Source of the DNA: an uncultured Spirochaetota bacterium
GTDB lineage: Bacteria; Spirochaetota; UBA4802; UBA5550
Assembly (NCBI GenBank): GCA_963827275.1
Contig: CAWHAA010000008.1
Location: 256,001-320,000, forward strand
DNA: 64,000 nt
Direction of reading: 5' to 3'
The position numbers and the translations under genes were made by a program. The notes under the pieces were generated by a model. That model had not been told where the DNA came from. It saw nothing but the letters and a program-made list of their open reading frames with translations, and made no database searches. Positions 53,618 to 63,095 of the stretch are shown here, piece by piece; the stretch's first letter is position 1, and each line of letters begins with the position of its first letter.

Positions 53618-55418
53618 ATGACGAAAAACCAGAAACTCGCAGAATGGGTAAAGGAAATAGCCGCACTGACAACTCCCGACCGCATCCACTGGTGCGACGG
53701 CTCGAAAGAGGAATACGACTCTATAATAAAGATAGCCGCTGACGAGGGGATTGCCACGCCCCTTAATCCGGACACGCTTCCCGGCTGTTATCTCTTCCGC
53801 TCCGACCCGTCGGACGTGGCCCGCGTGGAAAACCGGACCTACATCGCATCACTGACGAAAGATGAAGCCGGCCCGACGAACAACTGGATTGATCCCGTGG
53901 AGCTCAAGGGCATCATGAAGGGGCTGTACAGCGGCTGCATGAAGGGCCGCACCATGTACGTCATCCCCTTCAGCATGGGCCCGGTCGGGTCGCCGATATC
54001 GAAGATCGGGGTGGAGATAACCGATTCGCCGTACGTGGTCGTCAACATGCACATCATGACCCGCGTTGGCACCAAGGTGCTCGACGTACTCGGAGAAACG
54101 GGCGAATTCATTCCCTGCCTGCATTCCGTGGGCAAGCCCCTGGCCCCCGGCGAAAGCGACAACGGCATCTGGCCCTGCGCGCCGCTCGAGAAAAAGTATA
54201 TATCCCATTTCCCCGAAGAGCACGCGATCTGGTCCTACGGCTCCGGGTACGGCGGCAACGCGCTGCTCGGCAAGAAATGCCTCGCCCTGCGCATCGCCTC
54301 GGTGATCGCCCGCGACGAGGGCTGGCTCGCCGAGCACATGCTCATCCTCGGCATCACCAGTCCCGAAGGGAAGAAAAAGTATATCGCCGGCGCGTTTCCC
54401 GTCCGCCTGCGGCAAGACCAACCTCGCCATGCTGATTCCTACCATGCCCGGGTGGAAGGTGGAAAGCGTGGGCGATGATATCGCATGGATGAAGTTCGGG
54501 AAGGACGGCCGGCTCTACGCGATCAACCCGGAAGCGGGCTTTTTCGGCGTCGCCCCCGGCACCTCGATGCAGTCGAACCCCAACGCCATGAAGTCGATTG
54601 ACCGGAATACCATTTACACCAACGTCGCCCTTACCGAGGACGGGGACGTCTGGTGGGAGGGAATCGGATACGATGCCCCGGGAAAGCTTATCGACTGGAC
54701 CGGCAAGGAATGGGAGGCGGGGAAGTCGACCGCACCGGCAGCTCATCCCAACGCGCGTTTCACCGCGCCGGCGCGGCAGTGCCCGGCGATCGACCCGTCG
54801 TGGGAAGACCCGAACGGCGTGCCCATCAGCGCCTTCCTCTTCGGCGGGCGCCGTCCCACCACCATCCCCCTGGTCCACCAGTCGTTTGACTGGAATCACG
54901 GCGTCTTTCTGGGTTCGATCGTGGGATCCGAAATCACCGCAGCGGCCCTGGATCTTGCCCACGGGACCGTCCGCCGCGATCCCTTTGCCATGCTGCCGTT
55001 CTGCGGCTATCACATGGGTGACTATTTCAAGCACTGGATCAAGATCGGCAAGAAGTCAACGGCTGACAGGCTGCCGAAGATTTTCTATGTCAACTGGTTC
55101 CGCAAGACGGCCGACGGCAAATGGCTCTGGCCGGGATACGGGGAAAACAGCCGTGTCCTCAAGTGGATTTTCGAGCGGTGCGACGGTGACGGCGACGCCG
55201 TTGAAACGCCGATCGGCTATATGCCGACACCCGGTGCGATAGACCTCGCCGGCCTGGACGGCGTGAGCGACGCCGACATGCGCGAGCTTCTTACCGTTGA
55301 CCGGGAGGGCTGGCGCAGGGAGTTGGGCCTGGTCAGGGAGCACTACGCGAAGTTCGGCTCCCGGCTCCCGGCCGAGCTTGCCCGTGAGCTTGAAGCGCTG
55401 GAAAAGCGCCTTTCGTGA
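53618..55418 (+). CDS. pckG: Phosphoenolpyruvate carboxykinase (GTP); +1 frameshift near 54399
   Basis: [26 protein letters not shown]. Removing one C restores [10 protein letters not shown], continuing into VGDDIAW, HPNARF, FGGRR and DPFAMLPF. Confidence 0.93.
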
Positions 55419-55714
55419 CCTCAGGCCTGCGTCGGCAGGAGGCCGGGCGCGCCTGACGTGCGCCGTCGCAGCCGGGAAAAAAGAAGCTTGATTTTATACT
55501 GGCCTGCTTGATAGAATGCTCCCCATGACGATACGCCCGCGCGAGACGGGGCGTATCCGTTTTATGTATTCATCCTTCATACGCTATGAACGTATCAATG
55601 TTTACACAAGGTGCGCGTGTTCGGAGGGCTTCCGTGCCCGCACGCAATGTTGCGATTGGTGAATTCCGGCGCGATGATCGGTGCGTTCTGATTTGATCGT
55701 ATGGACCATGCATC

Positions 55715-56863
55715 ATGAACATAGAAATAAACAAATTATTCCTGAAAGTTTTGACCAATTCCCTGGAAACCGGCCAGACCAATTATCTGGGCGCGATGCT
55801 TGATCCCGGTTTCAATGTCTACACGGAATCCGGATTTTATACAAATGCCCCGTTGCCCCGCAAGACCGCGGCCGAGGTGCTCCTTGGATATTTCAAGGAG
55901 GAAGACCAGGTGGCAAGGCTCTTCAATATCATGCTTCTCCACGAAGGCCAGCGTTTTTATAACGCGGTGTTGAACATCTGGGGAAGGGATGAGTTTTTAC
56001 GCCTCCTGAAGAGGTACAAGTGGATTTATGACCCGGCCCTTGTCCGTTTGTCCCGCGACCCGTTTTATGAACGTGAAATAAATTTTCTGAAAGAAATACG
56101 GATTATCGACCTCCGCCGGGAGATCCCGGTCAAAGACATCATAAAGGGCATAGAGAAAACCAGCGCGAAGATGAGCGTTCATGACCTTGAGTGGCGCATA
56201 ACGCTGCGGTTATACGACATTGACGCTGAATCGGGAGAGCTCATCAGGAAAATACTCCTGCTGCTGCTCTCCCGGCAGAATTTACAGGAATTCATGCACG
56301 AGATATACGTGTGTCTGAAAGAGCTGGCGATCAATGCGAGCAAGGCAAATTACAAGATCCTTTTTGAAAAGTTTGTGACCCGGCGCCAGGGCATCTCTCC
56401 GGACAGGGACTACGTGCGTTTTTTAAAGCTTTTTAAGGACGAGATAGAGCAGAATGGCAACAAACGGCTCCTCGAGCTGGCCAGGCAGAAGGACCAGTAC
56501 ATCACCATAACATTTCAATCGACAATTGACTCGATTGAGGTCTGGGTCAGCAACAGCCAGAATATTTCCCTTATCGAGAAGCAGCAGATCCTGAAAAAGA
56601 TAAGCAAGAACGAGATCCAGTATAACAAGGAGGCGGAGCCTGACGATGAGTATACCGAAGGCGCCGGTTTCGGTTTGAACCTTATCCTCAGCATACTGCG
56701 CAGCAGCTCACATGACCCCGAACCCCTCAAGGTCATTTATTATCCTGATTTTATCAAAATCGGCTTTGAATTGTTGAGGTCCGACCTCCGGGAAAAGAGC
56801 AGAAAAGCAGCCGCCGAAGCCGCTGCTGCAGCCGCGGGCGGTGAAAAACCTGCCGGGTTATGA
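55715..56863 (+). CDS. Hypothetical protein with HATPase_c-like (anti-sigma/switch kinase-like) C-terminal domain
   Basis: LKELAINASKAN (N-box-like) and GAGFGL (G2-box-like); no HisKA domain. Confidence 0.6.
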   Translation: MNIEINKLFLKVLTNSLETGQTNYLGAMLDPGFNVYTESGFYTNAPLPRKTAAEVLLGYFKEEDQVARLFNIMLLHEGQRFYNAVLNIWGRDEFLRLLKRYKWIYDPALVRLSRDPFYEREINFLKEIRIIDLRREIPVKDIIKGIEKTSAKMSVHDLEWRITLRLYDIDAESGELIRKILLLLLSRQNLQEFMHEIYVCLKELAINASKANYKILFEKFVTRRQGISPDRDYVRFLKLFKDEIEQNGNKRLLELARQKDQYITITFQSTIDSIEVWVSNSQNISLIEKQQILKKISKNEIQYNKEAEPDDEYTEGAGFGLNLILSILRSSSHDPEPLKVIYYPDFIKIGFELLRSDLREKSRKAAAEAAAAAAGGEKPAGL

Positions 56864-57053
56864 ACACGGCCTGCCCCTGTTTTTTATCACGCCATGTCGG
56901 TACAAATAAACCCTCTATTTTTTTATATAAAAATTTTCATTCTCTATATCTGATCTGATCAATAATTTACCAGCTGGATTGGTCTATTACGATTGACAAT
57001 GTGTTATTTTTAATACATTATATTGTATTAAAAATAATGAAAGGGTACCAGTT

Positions 57054-58367
57054 ATGAAAAAGTATACACTAACAAACAGTATACTGACAATAATTGTATT
57101 CGTAGCGGCAGTGTTGTTTAATTTGAGCTGCAAGAATGGCGTTCCTGTTTCTCCCCTGGCGGGGTTGCAACTGTCGTTGAATTCCCAGACGGGCGGGACA
57201 TCCCCGGACACCGGCACGCCGGGTGACGGCGATACGCCGGTAAATGTTCCAGTGCTCGATTCCGTGGAATTTGCCCGGCGACTTGAAGCGGCGCGAAGTT
57301 CGTCCGTGACCAAAAGCGTTTCCGCCGCAATAATGACCGGTGATGGCACTATTTATACAGCCGTTGCCAACCAGGCAGGGGACCTTTACGCCGTGACTTC
57401 CAACATGCACTTCAGCATTGCGAGCTGTACCAAAATGTTCATTGCCGCGTGCGTGTTTCAGATGGTAGAAGACAATCTCCTCTCTCTTGATGATACCCTC
57501 CAGACCCTGATCTATGACACACGAATTTTAGACACAGCATACATGGCAAAAATAGACCCTCATATCAGGGTCCGCGACCTGCTCAATCATACCACCGGCC
57601 TTGATGATTATCTCGGGAACGGGTATTACTACGATATAATCCTCAATGTCTATGCAACATGGTTCCCCAAAAAAACACTTTCGTATGTTGACGATCCGGT
57701 GTATCCGTACAACTACGTCAACCCGGAAGACAACCCGTGCAATTATTCAAACACAGATTATATAATCCTCGGCATCATTATAGAAAACCTGACCGGCCAG
57801 AGTGTCAGCAGGGTGGTCAGGGATTATTTTCTCGATCCGCTCGGCCTGGTCAACACCTTCATGGTCGGCGTACTGCCATACCTGGGGCTGACCTGGGCGC
57901 CTGGTCCCAACGCGATCGGGTTTGAGCCCACTACCGACACCGACAGCTGGGAAAAGGCCTGGATCAAGTCAAGCACCCTGATCGACATAGACGCGATCGC
58001 GCTGTATTCATCGACCTGGACAAGCGGGAACATGCTGTCGGACGCTTCGGACATGGTGCGCTGGGCACGGTACTTCTACCGCTACCAGGAGGACAAGGGG
58101 TATCTTGCCGACGAGGCGTTTCACGAGGCTTCCGTCGTGTCAGATTTTTTCACCGGGCGGAAGTTCGGATACGGGATCGAATACCTGAAGCATGTCAGCG
58201 GCAGCGAACTGTGGGGGCACACCGGTACGATCATGGGGTTCAACAGCATGGTGTTTTACATGCCTGAAAAGGACGTCAGCATCGCCATCCTTATCAATGA
58301 CCACTACATATGGAGATGGGGCATCCTCCATGTCCTTGTCGACTACGTGAACAGCGCCTCGGAGTGA
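57054..58367 (+). CDS. Lipoprotein serine hydrolase, beta-lactamase/R61 DD-peptidase family
   Basis: NLSC lipobox; SCTK (SxxK), LLNHTTG, YSN, GHTG. Confidence 0.9.
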   Translation: MKKYTLTNSILTIIVFVAAVLFNLSCKNGVPVSPLAGLQLSLNSQTGGTSPDTGTPGDGDTPVNVPVLDSVEFARRLEAARSSSVTKSVSAAIMTGDGTIYTAVANQAGDLYAVTSNMHFSIASCTKMFIAACVFQMVEDNLLSLDDTLQTLIYDTRILDTAYMAKIDPHIRVRDLLNHTTGLDDYLGNGYYYDIILNVYATWFPKKTLSYVDDPVYPYNYVNPEDNPCNYSNTDYIILGIIIENLTGQSVSRVVRDYFLDPLGLVNTFMVGVLPYLGLTWAPGPNAIGFEPTTDTDSWEKAWIKSSTLIDIDAIALYSSTWTSGNMLSDASDMVRWARYFYRYQEDKGYLADEAFHEASVVSDFFTGRKFGYGIEYLKHVSGSELWGHTGTIMGFNSMVFYMPEKDVSIAILINDHYIWRWGILHVLVDYVNSASE

Positions 58368-58377
58368 CGGGCCGCGT

Positions 58378-59118
58378 TCACCGCATGAGCCTGCTCTCCC
58401 TGGTCGCGATGGTCGTAACGATCATCGTGTCAGGATAGAAGACCGGGACGTTGACCCGGACCTGCACCGTCCCTGATTGCACCACCGGCACCCTGTCGAG
58501 CGGGACCATCTGCAGCTCGATCCTGAAAGAGGTGAGGGGGAAGTCCAGTTTTGCAACGGTCCCCTCGATCAAGACCGACTCCAGCGTGTCCTTTTTGAAA
58601 AACATGTCGCCGCTGAAATGGCGCATCGTCTCCTTTTTTGGTGTTACCCGTACCCGGTAGCATGCGGCGCCGTTTATCCTGACCGTGTCTTCGAGGGTGG
58701 TCGAATAATGCTCGTCGCCGTGCGCGTCGAAGACGGGATGGGTCGGCTTGCTTTTCATGACCCGAAATTTTGACGGGTTCATCTCCTTCCCGTCCTTTGT
58801 ATATGACACTACCTCTATCTCGGGGGCCCTGTAAAAATAGTCCTTCCGCTTCATGGTCACTTCGGAGGTGCTTTTCAGCGCCCCGGTCGCCGGATCATAT
58901 TCCTTCACGGTCTCTGTCCTCAGGGACTCCACCCCGATGTATGTTTCGTATATTTCAAGGCCCCTGCTCTTCAGTGTCGCGATTACCCGCCCCGCTTCCT
59001 CTGTCTGCACGGGCCGTTTCGGCCGGTCCGCCGATATCGTTCCGCCCGCAATGCCGGCTGACTGACAGAGAGCGGACAGGAGAAGTGCCGCGCAGGCGGC
59101 ACAGACGGATTGTTGCAT
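58378..59118 (-). CDS. Hypothetical exported protein (LolA/MucB-like beta-sheet fold possible)
   Basis: Signal peptide; INGAACYRVRVTPK..FSGDMF pattern. Confidence 0.55.
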   Translation of the reverse strand: MQQSVCAACAALLLSALCQSAGIAGGTISADRPKRPVQTEEAGRVIATLKSRGLEIYETYIGVESLRTETVKEYDPATGALKSTSEVTMKRKDYFYRAPEIEVVSYTKDGKEMNPSKFRVMKSKPTHPVFDAHGDEHYSTTLEDTVRINGAACYRVRVTPKKETMRHFSGDMFFKKDTLESVLIEGTVAKLDFPLTSFRIELQMVPLDRVPVVQSGTVQVRVNVPVFYPDTMIVTTIATRESRLMR

Positions 59119-59168
59119 GATAACACCCCCGGATTTCTTGTTACGGACACGCCAGCGTCGGCGTGCTG

Positions 59169-61082
59169 CTACTTCATGTTGAATTTGATCGATACCACGC
59201 CGTCTGAGAATTTTGATGTATGTTCAGTCTTCATCTTGTTGAATACGGCCAGCATCTTCTTGTTTTCTGGCAGTACGTTTGCGTAGAGGGTCTTTATTTT
59301 CCGCTCCCCCGCAATTTTAACAAGGTATTCGGCGAGGAAGGACGCGATGCCCTTGCCCTGGAACTCTTCATCCACGATGAAGGCAAGCTCATGCTTCTTT
59401 TCCCGGGGATACAGGGCGTAGCGGCCTTCCGCAATGATCTCTTCATTTTTATTCCTGGTGATCACCGCGACGATGGAGAACGTGTCGATATAATCGATGT
59501 TCACGTATTTCTGCATCTCCTGGTGCGGCATCGCGGACACACGGGTAAAGTAGCGGAGGTATTTCGATTCGTCCGAGAACTGGTAAAACAGGCGGCGCAT
59601 CATGTCCTCGTCGGACGGCCTGATGGGCCTGAATTTTATGTCGAGCCCGTCCCTGAAGGTCTTCATTGTCTCCAGCTCGGCCGGGTAATTTTTCGCGTTT
59701 TTAGCCACGTATATCTGGTCCCTGTAGGCAAGGCCGTTCTTCCGCGCCTTTTCCATGAGCTCTTCACGGTGATCGGGGTGTGCGATGTCGATCAGGGAGA
59801 GAACGCGCTCCCGTATCGATTTGCCGAACAGGTTGGCGACGCCGTACTCCGTGACCACGTAGCGGGCGATCCCCAGCGTCGCGCGTACGCGGTCCTTTTC
59901 GTGTTCGTGCGTCAGGACGATGTTGCTGGTCCCGTCAGGCGCCACCGAGCGGAGCGTGATGATGGTCTTTCCCCTCCTGGCCATGGCGGCGGCCATGGCG
60001 AAGATGAACTTGCTCTCGTAGCCGGTAAGCAGGCTGTCCCCGGAATGGAACACGACCGATTCGCCGGATATATCGATCTTTTTCACGTTCATGATGCTTA
60101 TCAGGTTCGGGACCCTCCCGATGACGAAGGGGTTGGCAAGGCGGGGGATCGGATAGAATTCGAAGACCGGATTGCGGTTGACGTAGTCGTACAGCTCGCG
60201 CGTCCCCCAGCAGTAGCTGGCGGTTATCTGCCCGCCGCGGTACCGGCTCCTGTTGTACGGCACCGCGCCCGATTCGACGAGGTCGATCGCCCAGTCGGAT
60301 ATAACGTTTGAATAGATCCCGAGGTTCTTCTTTGTCTTCAGGTGGGACGCGATGGCGTCAAACATCTTCCCCGCGTGGAGCACCACGGTGGAGCCGTCGT
60401 CGATCAGGTTCGCGATGTGCCACCCGATCCGCTCCTGAAGCGGGTCCCACATCTTCCAGGGACGTTCGAGTATCGGCCGGTCGGTTTCGATGATGTGGTT
60501 GACCTGGTTTATGTGGATCAGCGTCTCGCCATAGGTGACCGGCATGGTGGGGTTGACTTCCGCGATTACCAGCGGCGCCTTCTCCACGGCAATGTTGGAT
60601 ACGTCCACCGCCACCCCGAGGCTCATGAACCCGTTGCTGTCAGGCGGGGAGGTGGTCACGATTGCGGCGTCCATCCCGACCGACCCGCTGCCGAGCAGGA
60701 CGGGGATCTCAATGAGATTGGCCGGTATGAAGTCGATGTTCCCCCCGTGGAATTCCTGGTTGATGCTCTCGCCGATGTTAAAGGTCTTCAGCCTGAATTT
60801 ATTTTCGCGCTCGGGGCTCATCGCGAGATGGTCGCCGAGCGTGAAGAGGTGGATCATCTCGAGGTCCTGGACGTTGGGATGGTCGGAATTAATTATGGAT
60901 TCCACGGAAGTGGCCGGTATGGCCGGACCGCTGCTCAAAAATATCCTGTTGCCCGGCTTGATGAGCTCCAGGAGGTCGTCCGCGGTGATGAGCTTCTGGC
61001 TGTATTCTTTGTCGATTTTCATGATTTTTGCTGTTACGGGAACGGTGTCGTTATGAGTGCCAGATGTCGGCGTTTTTGTCAA
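59169..61082 (-). CDS. Acetyl-CoA hydrolase/CoA-transferase-like domains fused to a C-terminal GNAT acetyltransferase
   Basis: SPPD..GFMSLG, AEVNP.MP, YVVTEYGVANL.GKS..ER...LI.IAHPDHR; GNAT RPIRPSD..LS.ESKYLRYF..VDEEFQGKGIA; start TTG 61082 or ATG 61023. Confidence 0.88.
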   Translation of the reverse strand: MTKTPTSGTHNDTVPVTAKIMKIDKEYSQKLITADDLLELIKPGNRIFLSSGPAIPATSVESIINSDHPNVQDLEMIHLFTLGDHLAMSPERENKFRLKTFNIGESINQEFHGGNIDFIPANLIEIPVLLGSGSVGMDAAIVTTSPPDSNGFMSLGVAVDVSNIAVEKAPLVIAEVNPTMPVTYGETLIHINQVNHIIETDRPILERPWKMWDPLQERIGWHIANLIDDGSTVVLHAGKMFDAIASHLKTKKNLGIYSNVISDWAIDLVESGAVPYNRSRYRGGQITASYCWGTRELYDYVNRNPVFEFYPIPRLANPFVIGRVPNLISIMNVKKIDISGESVVFHSGDSLLTGYESKFIFAMAAAMARRGKTIITLRSVAPDGTSNIVLTHEHEKDRVRATLGIARYVVTEYGVANLFGKSIRERVLSLIDIAHPDHREELMEKARKNGLAYRDQIYVAKNAKNYPAELETMKTFRDGLDIKFRPIRPSDEDMMRRLFYQFSDESKYLRYFTRVSAMPHQEMQKYVNIDYIDTFSIVAVITRNKNEEIIAEGRYALYPREKKHELAFIVDEEFQGKGIASFLAEYLVKIAGERKIKTLYANVLPENKKMLAVFNKMKTEHTSKFSDGVVSIKFNMK

Positions 61083-61181
61083 TTAGATAACAGGCAGCGC
61101 GCGCCCGGGCGGTATCCAATATTTTACCGGGCGCAACGTATTTTAGTTGAATTTTTCAAACGATGAGGGCATCATAAGGAA

Positions 61182-62234
61182 TTGATGCGCAAAATAACCC
61201 TTCGGTGCGTGCGGACAGTGGAACTACCATTCATCCATAGGAGAAAAGACGGCCAGTCGCGTATATCCTCTCCCTCGCCGCGGGTGATGAGGAAGGCCAC
61301 GGGCATCATAAAGTCGGGCGGCATCATCGCCTTTCCCACCGAGACGGTCTACGGCCTCGGCGCTGACGCCTTCAACCCCATCGCCGTGGCCCGCATCTTC
61401 GAGGCAAAGAACCGGCCGCTCTTCGACCCGCTTATTGTCCACATCGCCGACCTGTCGCAGCTGGGCACGCTCGTCTCCGGCATAGACCGGCGTGCGGGAA
61501 GGCTGGCCGGCAGGTTCTGGCCCGGCCCGCTCACCCTCGTTCTTCCGAAGAGCGAGCGGGTGCCGGACATCGTGACCGCGGGCCTTGACACGGTGGCAGT
61601 CCGCATGCCGGACCACCTGATCGCGCTCGATCTGATCAAGGGGTCGGGAACGCCCATCGCGGCGCCCAGCGCAAACCGGTTCGGGTACATCAGCCCCACC
61701 AAGGCAATCCACGTGCTCGAGCAGATCGGCGACCGCGTGGACATGATCATCGACGGCGGTGCGTGCAGCGTGGGGGTCGAGTCCACCATCATCAAGATCA
61801 CCGGCGAGCGGAGCGTTATCCTCCGGCCCGGCGGCGTGCCGGTAGAGGAAATTGAAGCGATCATCGGGCCGGTGGAGGTTGCCCCGGAGACTGCCGGAGA
61901 CCCGGAGTCCCCCGGCAGGCTGCCGTCGCATTATTCACCCGCCATCCCTGTGTACCTCGCGGCCAGCATCCGCGATATCGACTTTACCCGTTCTGACGCC
62001 GGATTTCTCCTGTTCCGGAGGCCGTCCCGTGACGTGCCGGTCGAGCGGACGGAGATACTCTCGATCGACGGCGATCTGAACGAGGCTGCGGCGAATCTCT
62101 TCTCGTCCCTGCATCGCCTGGATAAAATGCCGGTAAAGGCCATCATCGCCGAGCAGGTCCCTGAGCACGGGCTGGGCATCGCCATCATGGACCGGCTCAG
62201 GAGGGCGGCGCGCAGGGGGGACGGGGACGCATGA
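61182..62234 (+). CDS. sua5: L-threonylcarbamoyladenylate synthase, Sua5 type
   Basis: AFPTETVYGLGA, AKNRP..DPLIVH, WPGPLT, AAPSAN, ESTI and a SUA5 C-domain; start uncertain. Confidence 0.95.
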   Translation: MMRKITLRCVRTVELPFIHRRKDGQSRISSPSPRVMRKATGIIKSGGIIAFPTETVYGLGADAFNPIAVARIFEAKNRPLFDPLIVHIADLSQLGTLVSGIDRRAGRLAGRFWPGPLTLVLPKSERVPDIVTAGLDTVAVRMPDHLIALDLIKGSGTPIAAPSANRFGYISPTKAIHVLEQIGDRVDMIIDGGACSVGVESTIIKITGERSVILRPGGVPVEEIEAIIGPVEVAPETAGDPESPGRLPSHYSPAIPVYLAASIRDIDFTRSDAGFLLFRRPSRDVPVERTEILSIDGDLNEAAANLFSSLHRLDKMPVKAIIAEQVPEHGLGIAIMDRLRRAARRGDGDA

Positions 62235-62857
62235 GACCAGCGATGGGCCGGGGGCCGCTCTTCATCGTTTTCGAAGGGATCGACGGGTCAGGCAAGTCGA
62301 CGCAGTGTGATCTCCTCTTCCGTTACGCCGTGGCGCAGGGCGCTCCGGCGGTCCGCCTCGCCGAACCCACTGGCGGGGAGTGGGGGACGCGTATCCGGGC
62401 GATGCTGAAGGAGCCGGCCATGGCGCCGGCGGAGGAGCAGCTCCGGCTCTTCCTGCTGGACCGGAAGGATGACGTGGAGCGGAACATCGTTCCCGCATTG
62501 AAGGAGAGCAGGATCGTTATCATGGACCGGTATTATTATTCGAACGCGGCCTACCAGGGCGCCGCCGGCATCGCGCCCGGGCGGATTATCGCCGAGAACA
62601 GAGCGCTGTCGTTTCCCGAACCGGACCGCATCTATTATGTCGATATACCGGCCCCCGTGGCCATGCGCAGGATCGCGGGGCGGAGCGGGAAAGGGACCGA
62701 GGTCTTTGAAAAAGAATATTTTTTGCAGAGGGTCAGGGAGATCTTCCTCTCCTTTTCCGGCGATCGGTTCATGGTGGTTGACGGGACACAAGGGATAGAA
62801 GATGTGTTCGCCGTCATTAAAAAAGATTTTGACGCGCTCGCTCCGCGTCCTCAGTAA
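62231..62857 (+). CDS. tmk: Thymidylate kinase
   Basis: FEGIDGSGKSTQ, EP, MDRYYYS.AAYQG. Confidence 0.95.
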   Translation: MRPAMGRGPLFIVFEGIDGSGKSTQCDLLFRYAVAQGAPAVRLAEPTGGEWGTRIRAMLKEPAMAPAEEQLRLFLLDRKDDVERNIVPALKESRIVIMDRYYYSNAAYQGAAGIAPGRIIAENRALSFPEPDRIYYVDIPAPVAMRRIAGRSGKGTEVFEKEYFLQRVREIFLSFSGDRFMVVDGTQGIEDVFAVIKKDFDALAPRPQ

Positions 62858-62879
62858 CGCGCGCCGGGCATTTATTTGA

Positions 62880-62930
62880 TTGACAAATTATTATTAATTT
62901 ATCATAATTTTTTTACCGATATGCGGTAAA
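62880..62930 (+). promoter_or_regulatory. Sigma70-like promoter followed by a palindromic operator/hairpin
   Basis: TTGACA(62880)-N17-CATAAT(62903); TTTACCG-ATATG-CGGTAAA at 62912-62930. Confidence 0.6.
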
Positions 62931-63095
62931 GTCAGGTAGCGCAATAATCCGAGAGCAAACGGACGGATAGCTTCAAGCGCCTCACTCAGGGTTTCAGGGC
63001 CAGCGCATGGCAGATTGCGCAACATGATCTGCCTTCGTCTCCGGCCGTGCATGCGGGGACGGCATAATAATACGCCGCCAGGGGAGTTACAAGGT

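Noticed and set aside
54390..54410. Programmed ribosomal frameshift in pckG (TTTCCC)
   Set aside because: It falls inside a conserved catalytic motif and matches the window-wide +1 insertion error pattern.
57054..58367. Antibiotic-resistance beta-lactamase
   Set aside because: SxxK/YxN/HTG motifs fit the broad serine hydrolase/DD-peptidase family; there is no evidence for resistance function or mobile context.
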